DNA from: Chlamydiales bacterium
Lineage (GTDB): Bacteria; Chlamydiota; Chlamydiia; Chlamydiales; JARBTQ01
DNA length: 64,000 nucleotides
Direction of reading: 5' to 3'
NCBI GenBank assembly: GCA_029240075.1
Contig: JARBTQ010000007.1
Location: forward strand, 28,750 to 92,749
This document shows, one piece after another, positions 36,466-44,261 of the stretch. A program made the translations under genes and the position numbers. Every line of letters begins with the position of its first letter. Position 1 is the first letter of the stretch. The notes under the pieces are model-generated. The model ran no database searches, was not told the origin of the DNA, and saw nothing but the letters and a program-made list of their open reading frames with translations.

Positions 36466-36672
36466 GTAAAATTAGATTTAATTTCAAAGAAACTTTACAT
36501 TTTCGCTTCTACTTATAGGTTAAGTACTTCTTTCTAATAAAAAGCTTTTGAAATTTGATTATTACACTCTCATCAAAAAAAGAGCTTGCCTTTCCACGCA
36601 AATTAAATTAAATAGACAAATCCAAGAAGAACTGTGCCTAGCTAGTTAAGCTAGGCTTATAAAAAGTAATCC

Positions 36673-37782
36673 ATGGCTGACGATTTTCAAGATAAAACAG
36701 AAGATGCAAGTTCCAAAAAATTAAGCGATTCCCGTCGTAAAGGAATGGTTGCGCAGTCTCGCGATTTTACATCGGGAACACTTCTGTTAACGAGTGTACT
36801 ACTTTTGTATTTCTTCTCCAGTTTTATGTTTGATTATCTGCAACAAATAACAGTAGGGGTATTAACACACCTTGATGAACCTTTCAGTGAAGTAGAGGCG
36901 ATCACTTACTGGCTAAGACAAGGACTTTTAACCAATTTAGCAATGATGGCTCCTTTCCTAGGCCCACTTTTGATAATCGGGGTGGGTATTAATGTTTACC
37001 AGGTGGGCTTTGTTGTTTCTACAGAAGGAATTACGCCAAAATGGAACAAACTTAATATATTTGATGTAAATAATTTGAAAAAGTATTTCAGCCTACAAGC
37101 ATGGATGCGACTTGTATTAGGCTTAATTAAAATGACGATTATAGCTGTTATCAGTTACGTAATGATCACAAATTCTTACGTCCAATTTATGGAGCTTATG
37201 GAAGCTCCTGTAAGACAAATGTTTGCTTATATATGCAACGAGTTCTTTTGGTTGGCTGTTGTTCTTTCTATACTGCTGCTGGTTCTTGGAATTGTCGATT
37301 TTACCTTCCAAAAGTGGAAGTTCATGCAAGATATGAAGATGACCAAACAAGAGGTTAAAGAGGAACATAGGCAATCTGAAGGGGATCCAAAAGTTAAGTC
37401 AAAGATGCGTTCGATGATGCAATCGATGTTATCTAATCGTATGAAAGCTAATATTCCAAAAGCAGATGTAATTATTGCCAACCCAGTACACTTTGCAATA
37501 GCTATCAAATATGACGCTGAGAAGATGGCTGCGCCGATTTGTGTTGCTAAAGGGGTTGAAAATATGGCTATCATGATCAAAGAGCTTGCCAAGGAGCATA
37601 AAGTGCCAATTGTAGAAAATCCCCCTTTAGCCCGTGCTTTATATAAAGTTGTAGACGTAGGAGTCGCAATTCCTGCTAATTTTTATCATGCTGTTGCTGA
37701 AGTGCTAGCTTACGTTTATCGACTCAATGATAAGTTAGGCAAGCAGCACGCTAGACCAGAAAATCCTTCACATAAGATATAA
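36673..37782 (+). CDS. flhB: FlhB/SctU-family type III export switch protein (flagellar-type by context)
   Basis: N-terminal KTEDASSKKLSDSRRKGMVAQSRDF, four TM segments, an autocleavage-site region ANPVHFAIAIKY (NPVH instead of NPTH), and a C-terminal VAKGVENMAIMIKELAKEHKVPIVENPPLARALY. Confidence 0.85.
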   Translation: MADDFQDKTEDASSKKLSDSRRKGMVAQSRDFTSGTLLLTSVLLLYFFSSFMFDYLQQITVGVLTHLDEPFSEVEAITYWLRQGLLTNLAMMAPFLGPLLIIGVGINVYQVGFVVSTEGITPKWNKLNIFDVNNLKKYFSLQAWMRLVLGLIKMTIIAVISYVMITNSYVQFMELMEAPVRQMFAYICNEFFWLAVVLSILLLVLGIVDFTFQKWKFMQDMKMTKQEVKEEHRQSEGDPKVKSKMRSMMQSMLSNRMKANIPKADVIIANPVHFAIAIKYDAEKMAAPICVAKGVENMAIMIKELAKEHKVPIVENPPLARALYKVVDVGVAIPANFYHAVAEVLAYVYRLNDKLGKQHARPENPSHKI

Positions 37783-37798
37783 GAAGTAAGGAGAGTTC

Positions 37799-39886
37799 AT
37801 GCTAGGTAGTTTGAGTCAAAAAGTCAATAAATTGTACGAGTATAGCGATGTTGTATTGGCTTTATCAGTTGTCTGCATTGTTTTATTACTTGTAATTCCA
37901 TTACCTCCTATTCTACTTGATGTACTACTGTCAATTAGTATTGTGCTCTCAGTTACAACACTACTTATGACGATGTATATCCATGAGTCCTTAGATTTTT
38001 CATCTTTTCCATCATTACTGCTGTTTTTAACACTGTTTCGGTTATCGTTAAATATAGCTTCAACACGTATGATTTTGGCCGAAGCACAGGCTGGTGATAT
38101 TATCGAGACATTCGGTAACTTTGTTACTGGAGGAAATCAAGTAGTTGGAGCTATTATATTTATCCTTTTAACTATCGTAAATTTTGTGGTAATCACCAAA
38201 GGTTCAGGGCGTGTAGCTGAGGTTGCAGCTCGTTTTACCCTAGATGCAATGCCAGGGAAACAAATGTCAATTGATGCAGACCTGAATGCTGGATTAATTG
38301 ATGAGCAAGAGGCAAAAGTACGACGTGAGAAAATTGCGTTAGAAGCAGACTTTTATGGGGCTATGGATGGTGCGTCCAAATTTGTACGAGGAGATGCTAT
38401 TGCGGGTATCATCATGACAATCGTCAATGTTATTGGTGGATTTATCATCGGAATAGCCATGAAGGGGATGAATTGGAAAGAGGCCTTGCACACTTATACA
38501 ACTTTGACAGTTGGTGATGGCTTAGTTTCTCAAATTCCTTCTCTACTAATCTCTGTAGGTGCTGGTATTCTTGTGACTAGAGCTTCTTCTAAAGAAAAAC
38601 TCAGCAATATGATTCATCAGCAAGTATTTAATAACCCTAGAGTTTTATACTTAACTTCTATTGTTGTTTTTGTCTTAGGTATGGTTCCTGGAATGCCTTT
38701 AATGGTTATTACCCCTATTTCAATAGCTATAGGCTTGTATGCCTATTCCTTACAAAAAATGAGCCATACTGAATTAGGATCTTTGGACACAACATTAGCT
38801 AAGACCCAAGAAGTGGAACAGGCTCAGCAACAAGCTGAAACAGTTGAAAAAGCCCTATTTATCGATCCAATGGAGATAGAGCTGGGTTATACGCTCATAC
38901 CTTTAGTGGATCAAAGCCAAGGCGGTGACCTTCTTAATCGAATAACTGTTATTCGTCGTCAGATAGCATCTGAGTTGGGGTTAATTGTGCCACCTATACG
39001 TATAAGAGATAATATGTCACTTGACCCTAATTCTTATATTATCAAAATAAAGGGGATTGATGTAGCTTCTGGAACTTTACAAATCGATAGTTATCTTGCA
39101 ATGAACCCTGGAAATGTAAGCAAACCTATACCAGGGATTAAGACAACAGAGCCAGCATTTGGACTGCCTGCTATTTGGATTAGTGCTGGGCAAAAAGAAA
39201 ACGCCGAATTATTAGGTTATACCGTAGTAGATACATTATCTGTACTTGCTACCCATTTAACAGAAGTTATACACGTGTATGCACATGAATTATTGAACCG
39301 ACAAGAAGTGTCTCGTCTAATTGATAACGCAAAAACTTATGCTCCAGCTGTGATAGAAGAACTTATACCTGCAAGATTGAGCCTAGGGCAAGTTGTAAAA
39401 GTACAACAAAATTTATTGCGTGAGCGGATTCCTATCCGCGATATCGTCACTATCCTGGAGATTTTAGCAGATCAGAGTTCACGCACAACTGATACAGATA
39501 TTCTTACAGAGTATGTGAGGCAAGGTCTTGCACGCAGTATATCAAAGCAGTATGGCGGTGATAAAAAAATTCTATATGCCATTACTTTTGATCCAAAAGT
39601 AGAGCAGATGATGGCCGAAAGTGTGCAAAAGAGCGATTTTGGGCACCGTATAGTTTTAAGACCAACAACTACACAAAAAATTATTGATGAATTAGATAGA
39701 ACAATACAAGAAAGCGCCAAGCAAGGGTTACAGCCTATTGTACTTACCTCCCCATCCATTCGTCTATACGTCAAGCATCTTATAGAAAGAGGATTACCTA
39801 GATTACCGGTGGTATCCTTTAATGAAGTTGTATCTGAAGTTGAGATTCAAGCGGTTGGAGTTGTTTCTAGCGAAGTGCTCATTTAA
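37799..39886 (+). CDS. flhA: FlhA/SctV-family type III export gate protein (flagellar-type by context)
   Basis: FPSLLLFLTLFRLSLNIASTR, VVITKGSGRVAEVAARFTLDAMPGKQMSIDADLNAGLIDEQEA, YGAMDGASKFVRGDAIAG, and a large cytoplasmic C-domain. A strong SD (AAGGAG) precedes the ATG. Confidence 0.9.
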   Translation: MLGSLSQKVNKLYEYSDVVLALSVVCIVLLLVIPLPPILLDVLLSISIVLSVTTLLMTMYIHESLDFSSFPSLLLFLTLFRLSLNIASTRMILAEAQAGDIIETFGNFVTGGNQVVGAIIFILLTIVNFVVITKGSGRVAEVAARFTLDAMPGKQMSIDADLNAGLIDEQEAKVRREKIALEADFYGAMDGASKFVRGDAIAGIIMTIVNVIGGFIIGIAMKGMNWKEALHTYTTLTVGDGLVSQIPSLLISVGAGILVTRASSKEKLSNMIHQQVFNNPRVLYLTSIVVFVLGMVPGMPLMVITPISIAIGLYAYSLQKMSHTELGSLDTTLAKTQEVEQAQQQAETVEKALFIDPMEIELGYTLIPLVDQSQGGDLLNRITVIRRQIASELGLIVPPIRIRDNMSLDPNSYIIKIKGIDVASGTLQIDSYLAMNPGNVSKPIPGIKTTEPAFGLPAIWISAGQKENAELLGYTVVDTLSVLATHLTEVIHVYAHELLNRQEVSRLIDNAKTYAPAVIEELIPARLSLGQVVKVQQNLLRERIPIRDIVTILEILADQSSRTTDTDILTEYVRQGLARSISKQYGGDKKILYAITFDPKVEQMMAESVQKSDFGHRIVLRPTTTQKIIDELDRTIQESAKQGLQPIVLTSPSIRLYVKHLIERGLPRLPVVSFNEVVSEVEIQAVGVVSSEVLI

Positions 39887-39924
39887 AATAGTAGTTCAGG
39901 GCCTGATACACAAAGGAAAAGAAG

Positions 39925-41466
39925 ATGATTATAAAAAAATATCGAGCTAGTAGTGTAGAAGAAGCTCAAAGTCTTGTTAGAAAGGAATTAGGGCCAGACG
40001 CTATCATTTTAACTACAAGCTATCTAAAGGAAAATGGTCTAAAAGGATTCTTTTCAACTAGTAAAGTAGAAGTAACAGCAGCAGTTGAAGAAGAAGAACT
40101 CGCAGCGTATCAAGCCAAGATCAACTTTCAAAGTGATGAACAACTTCTTTCCCAATTAAGGCAGGAACAGGCTTCACAGCTTCAAGATGAAGATAAGATG
40201 GTTACGCAAGGGGGAGATCTTGTTAGCTTAAGCTCTGCAGCAAGAAAAAAAATACAAGCTGCAAATTCTGTAAGTCAAGACATTAACCACCTAGCTGCGT
40301 ATAAGCCAGTTGTAGGGAATGATAGTACAGTAGACGCTGCGGTTCAACAACCGTCAAAAGCTCAGGCAGAACATTTTATAAGATTAACACAGAACTTAGT
40401 AACTCAATTTGGTCAGGTAAATCAAGAGGAAGTTAGCAAGCCGGTTCAAAAGATAGTTTTTACCGAACCCTCTTTTGCTAACCATTCATCTACTTATGAA
40501 AAATCATTAGAAAACAAAGCCAACCCAATCAACGACTCAGTGCAAGATTTGATGGCTTTACGTAATATCATCAGAGAAGAGCTAAATTTAGTACAAAAGA
40601 ACGTAACTCCCACTTGGACAGATAAAGGGCTTGAAGGATCGGTTTTAAATTTTCTTTTAGATAAAGGTGTCAAACATTCTGTAGCTACAATGATAGAAGG
40701 ACGGATACATGAAGAATTTGGACCTGATTATATGGCACATACTGAATATGAAAAGTCTATTAAAATTAACTCTTTAAAAAGGGAGTTAGCTCGATTATTT
40801 AATGCGGGTAAAACAATTCAATTTCAAGAGAATCAACGTTCAGTAGTTGCTTTAGTCGGTGCAACTGGAGTCGGTAAGACAATGGCTGCTATGCGATTAG
40901 GATTAAGATACCAGCGATCATTGCGTAAGAAAGTAGCCATCATCAGCATAGACCCTTATCAGAATAAAAATGAAGAGTACCTCCTATCACTCATACCACC
41001 ACATAGTGATATTAATGTTATGATTGTTGAAAATATGGAAAGACTTAATAAAGCCTTAGAATCATTTGAGGACAAAGATTTAGTAATCATAGATACATCT
41101 AGCATTAATCCCTATGATGAATGCGCAATTGAAAATCTACAACAGTACCTTGAGACAATCGATGATCTCCAATTATTTTTGACACTGAGTGCGACAACAA
41201 AGGATGTTGATACTTACGGTATTATTAAATCTCTTTCAGTTCTTGAACCGCAAGGAATTATCATGACAAAATTGGACGAGACCATAGCTTATGGAATCTT
41301 AATAAATGTGTGCAATGTTGCAGCTCATCCAATTAGTTACGTGACTACAGGGAATGATATTAGCGAGGATCTCGTAGTTGCTGATAAACACGATTTAGCA
41401 CGTCGCTTGCTTGTTAAATATAATGATACACGCTCAAAGCACGTTAGAGAATTAGCTATGAAATAG
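39925..41466 (+). CDS. flhF: FlhF-type SRP-like GTPase with degenerate G2/G3/G5 motifs
   Basis: The FlhF-specific N-terminus MIIKKYRASSVEEAQSLVRKELGPDAIILTT. G1 is GATGVGKT and G4 is TKLDET. However, G2 is IDPYQ (expected TDTYR), G3 is DTSS (expected DTAG) and G5 is TTGND (expected GQ). Confidence 0.8.
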   Translation: MIIKKYRASSVEEAQSLVRKELGPDAIILTTSYLKENGLKGFFSTSKVEVTAAVEEEELAAYQAKINFQSDEQLLSQLRQEQASQLQDEDKMVTQGGDLVSLSSAARKKIQAANSVSQDINHLAAYKPVVGNDSTVDAAVQQPSKAQAEHFIRLTQNLVTQFGQVNQEEVSKPVQKIVFTEPSFANHSSTYEKSLENKANPINDSVQDLMALRNIIREELNLVQKNVTPTWTDKGLEGSVLNFLLDKGVKHSVATMIEGRIHEEFGPDYMAHTEYEKSIKINSLKRELARLFNAGKTIQFQENQRSVVALVGATGVGKTMAAMRLGLRYQRSLRKKVAIISIDPYQNKNEEYLLSLIPPHSDINVMIVENMERLNKALESFEDKDLVIIDTSSINPYDECAIENLQQYLETIDDLQLFLTLSATTKDVDTYGIIKSLSVLEPQGIIMTKLDETIAYGILINVCNVAAHPISYVTTGNDISEDLVVADKHDLARRLLVKYNDTRSKHVRELAMK

Positions 41467-41498
41467 AGTAGACTAAACAGTAGTAAGGAGCTCAATGA

Positions 41499-41822
41499 AT
41501 GGATAAACGTTATCTATTTAGTTTTGTTTTTTTAGTTACTTTAGCGACTACAGTGGCTGTAGCAGCTATAAGTATTTTTTTTCAACAACAGTTGATGTAC
41601 ACGGTAATTTACTCTTTAACAGCAATGTGGGTGATGGGGATCGTTAGTCAAATTATGGTTAAGCAGCTCTATATAAGTATTGTAAAGCCCTTAGAATTAT
41701 CTAAGTTAGAGGCTGCAAAAAACCAAGCAAATTCTTTAGATCTAAATATCAACGAAATAGAAGCTATTGATTCGGTTATAGAAGAAGCAGAAAAAAGTAC
41801 ATCAGCTAATTTAAAGAGATGA
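41499..41822 (+). CDS. small two-TM protein of unknown function in the flhG slot
   Basis: 107 aa. AAGGAG lies about 10 nt upstream of the ATG. It has two hydrophobic segments followed by an acidic, coiled tail. Confidence 0.55.
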   Translation: MDKRYLFSFVFLVTLATTVAVAAISIFFQQQLMYTVIYSLTAMWVMGIVSQIMVKQLYISIVKPLELSKLEAAKNQANSLDLNINEIEAIDSVIEEAEKSTSANLKR

Positions 41823-41995
41823 TTACTGAGGCTTAGTGGACAAACAAAATTTATTCTTAAAATGAAATAAAGAATTGCACTCTATTGACAGATTCCTATA
41901 ATGCACAAATATAGGCAGCCCTAAAAGAGGGGGTTAGCACACTTCACTGAAATTTCAGACGGTGTACTAGCAGTACTAATCACAATAACCGATGA

Positions 41996-42799
41996 ATGAA
42001 GGATGAGCAGATGGATGAACGTCTAGATCCATCAACAGTTCAAGCACTGTGGGCGGAATATAAGACTAAAGGATCTATAGCTGCAAGGGATCAAATAATC
42101 ACCAATTATTTGTACCTTGTTAAATGGGCCGTCAATAAATTGACTGCAGGCTTTCCTGCTCATGTTCAGTTTGATGATTTGTATTCACCAGGTGTCATTG
42201 GACTGATCAAGGCTGTTGATAAGTTTGACCCTAGTCTTAAAAATAAGTTTGAGACCTACGCTCTTTTAGTTATAAGAGGAGCTATTTTAGATGAAATTCG
42301 TGAACTAGATTGGGTTCCTCGTAGTGTGCATAAAAAAGCTAACCAAGTGGCTCAAGCGCAGGATGAGTTATCACAAAAGCTTGGTCGAGAACCTACAGAT
42401 CAAGAATTAGCAAAGCATCTGAAGGTTGATGCAGAAGAATTAGAGGAGATGTTAGCTTATATAAAGCCAGCAGTTCTTATTCCTTTAAATGCCCCACAAG
42501 ACGAAGAGAGTGAACAGGCTACAATCGCTGAGCGCATTCCAGATGAAAAGAGCCCTTCAAGCTTTGATGTAGCAGACTATAATGAATTTAAAAAATTATT
42601 AGAAGACGCTATTGGTGGTCTACCAGAACAAGAACGAATTGTACTTGTGCTGTATTATTTTGAAAATATGATGCTCAAAGAGATCGGGCAAATCATCAAT
42701 GTGAGTGAATCTAGAGTTTCTCAAATTCATACAAAAGCTCTCATGCGCTTACGCAAACGCTTAGAATCTGTAAAAGCTGAATTTGCTGATATTTTTTAG
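41996..42799 (+). CDS. fliA: sigma-28 (FliA/WhiG-type) RNA polymerase sigma factor
   Basis: Region 2: DDLYSPGVIGLIKAVDKFDP..FETYALLVIRGAILDEIRELDWVPR. Region 4: LPEQERIVLVLYYFENMMLKEIGQIINVSESRVSQIHTKALMRLR. Confidence 0.9.
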   Translation: MKDEQMDERLDPSTVQALWAEYKTKGSIAARDQIITNYLYLVKWAVNKLTAGFPAHVQFDDLYSPGVIGLIKAVDKFDPSLKNKFETYALLVIRGAILDEIRELDWVPRSVHKKANQVAQAQDELSQKLGREPTDQELAKHLKVDAEELEEMLAYIKPAVLIPLNAPQDEESEQATIAERIPDEKSPSSFDVADYNEFKKLLEDAIGGLPEQERIVLVLYYFENMMLKEIGQIINVSESRVSQIHTKALMRLRKRLESVKAEFADIF

Positions 42800-42847
42800 A
42801 GACTTAAGCATTAGACCTCTTCCGAATCTTTTGTATTGGAGATTCGA

Positions 42848-42878
42848 TAGATCTCTGAGAAATAAGTTTCTAGAAAGG
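42848..42878 (+). repeat. copy of the intergenic repeat family (TAGATCTCTGAGAAATAAGTTTCTAGAAAGG)
   Basis: It lies about 50 nt after the fliA stop and aligns with 6141..6172. Confidence 0.55.
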
Positions 42879-43083
42879 TTAACTACTAGAATCTCTTTAC
42901 AATCTAGTTTCTAATTGGCTAGGTAAATTTCTAAAAATGTCGTTCTATAAAAAAATCATATACATATTTACCCCTATTGTCTTCTGCTGAGCTCAGCTAA
43001 AGTGGAGGGAAGGGGGCATGTATGTACGCATTTTTAGATTCTTCTCTTGAATTTTCTTAAAAAGTATTTATTATTTACTCACC

Positions 43084-43990
43084 TTACGCAATGTCGTAGG
43101 GTTTGTGAATTTTTACTAATCTCTGATAAGCCATAAGGTTTGCTTTAATGGCGAGCTTATATTTAAGAGCAAAGTGATTCAAACTTGTTTTAATTTTTAA
43201 AAATTTGAGCTGGCAATAAGCTATCAGAGATGCAAAAATATGGTTTTTCTGAGAACGGACTACCTTAGTAGGAGATTTTGCAAGGCTAGCATTCTACTTA
43301 ATTGAGATGAAAAGTTTCTTTATATCATAGTGAATATACTTTAGATTGTCTTTAGAGATAAACTACTTGTCAGCAAGTACGTAACTAAATTTAATTGGGT
43401 TCTTTACAGCTTTGTTTAAAAGATCTCGAAATAATTCATTCCTAGTTTTACTAGATTTTCCTTTCTCTTTTTTAATTCCTATCTCGCCATAGTGTAAATC
43501 TTTAGTAATTACTTCATAACTGATAGGTAAAGATGCTTTTCCCTGAACAATCAAACCAGAAACAATATTGATCCCCTTATCCCTTTAACACAGCGTCCTT
43601 TTGCGTGGCTGTAATACCAATTATTGACTTCATTTACATCTGTATATGGTTTTTCCTCTATACAATCATCTATGACTAAAAATCCCTCAAAACATGTCTT
43701 AATTTGGCGTATTTTTGGTTTTAGAACTTCCTATAGCAGCTTTGCATTTCCTTCATAGTTATTCAAAAAAAGAATCACTTTATCATAACTGACCTCGTAA
43801 TCGAGCATAGAAGCTAATCCTGTAGCTGAGCCTGCTGATTTTGGCAAATAAGATAGTCGTTGTAAATGTCTAAAAGTTGTAATGCCATTATAATACCCTT
43901 TAGTAGTAGACAAAGGTATTTTACTGACCTTAAATATACCAGGCAATCTCAGTTTGCGTAAGGCGGATATATGAGTTTTTGACTTATTGA
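43084..43990 (-). mobile_element. decayed IS transposase gene (DDE-type, IS701/IS4-like by motif impression), no intact ORF
   Basis: The minus-strand reading gives ...GLASMLDYEVSYDKVILFL..NAKLL, then TAG (43731-43733), then EVLKPKIRQ..FLVIDDCIEEKPY. A frameshift follows at the imperfect 8-nt tandem ATCCCCTT/ATCCCTTT (43571-43586). It continues GINIVSGLIVQGK..VLADK, then TAG (43363-43365, where W is expected), then F... through to ...NHIFASLIAYCQLKFLK... and the stop at 43084. Confidence 0.6.
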
Positions 43991-44022
43991 GCTTTTTTCA
44001 ATCTTTAACGCTGAAAAGTTGG

Positions 44023-44052
44023 TAGATCGCTATAAAATAGGTTTCAAGGGAA
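44023..44052 (+). repeat. copy of the intergenic repeat family (TAGATCGCTATAAAATAGGTTTCAAGGGAAA)
   Basis: It shares TAGATC.CT...AAATAGGTTT with 6141..6165. It lies between the IS remnant and the 3' end of the F-box gene. Confidence 0.5.
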
Positions 44053-44261
44053 ATTAATTGATGATGTTATTTGATTCAGAAGATTGTTCCATTTAACTTC
44101 ATGACTGTATTTAACAGCCACGAAGTAGTATAGAACGCTTGGCAATATAGAAAGTAAACTGTAGTCAAATCCAACCACGCTAGTGCATACCAATTGCTTT
44201 CCTTGTTCGATATTAGATTACATACTTATTGCTAAAGTGATTAAGCATAATTTTTATAAGG

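Noticed and set aside
36673-39886. Interpreting the FlhB/FlhA-like pair as the injectisome components SctU/SctV of a chlamydial type III secretion system.
   Set aside because: The two families cannot be separated reliably by eye. However, the pair is followed directly by an FlhF (flagellum-specific N-terminal domain) and by sigma-28. No CopN/SctW or chaperone genes follow, as they do after chlamydial sctU-sctV. I keep it as an alternative to be tested by phylogeny.
41885-41902. TTGACA (41885-41890) and TATAAT (41897-41902) hexamers upstream of fliA.
   Set aside because: The hexamers are separated by only 6 nt instead of about 17, so they cannot act together as a sigma-70-type promoter.
43082-43963. 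A 10-bp perfect inverted repeat, CCTTACGCAA (43082-43091) / TTGCGTAAGG (43954-43963), bracketing the transposase remnant; considered as possible IS termini.
   Set aside because: The match does not extend beyond 10 bp. An 880-bp element would be too short for the transposase family suggested. A 10-mer inverted match within 1 kb is expected by chance several times in 64 kb of AT-rich DNA.
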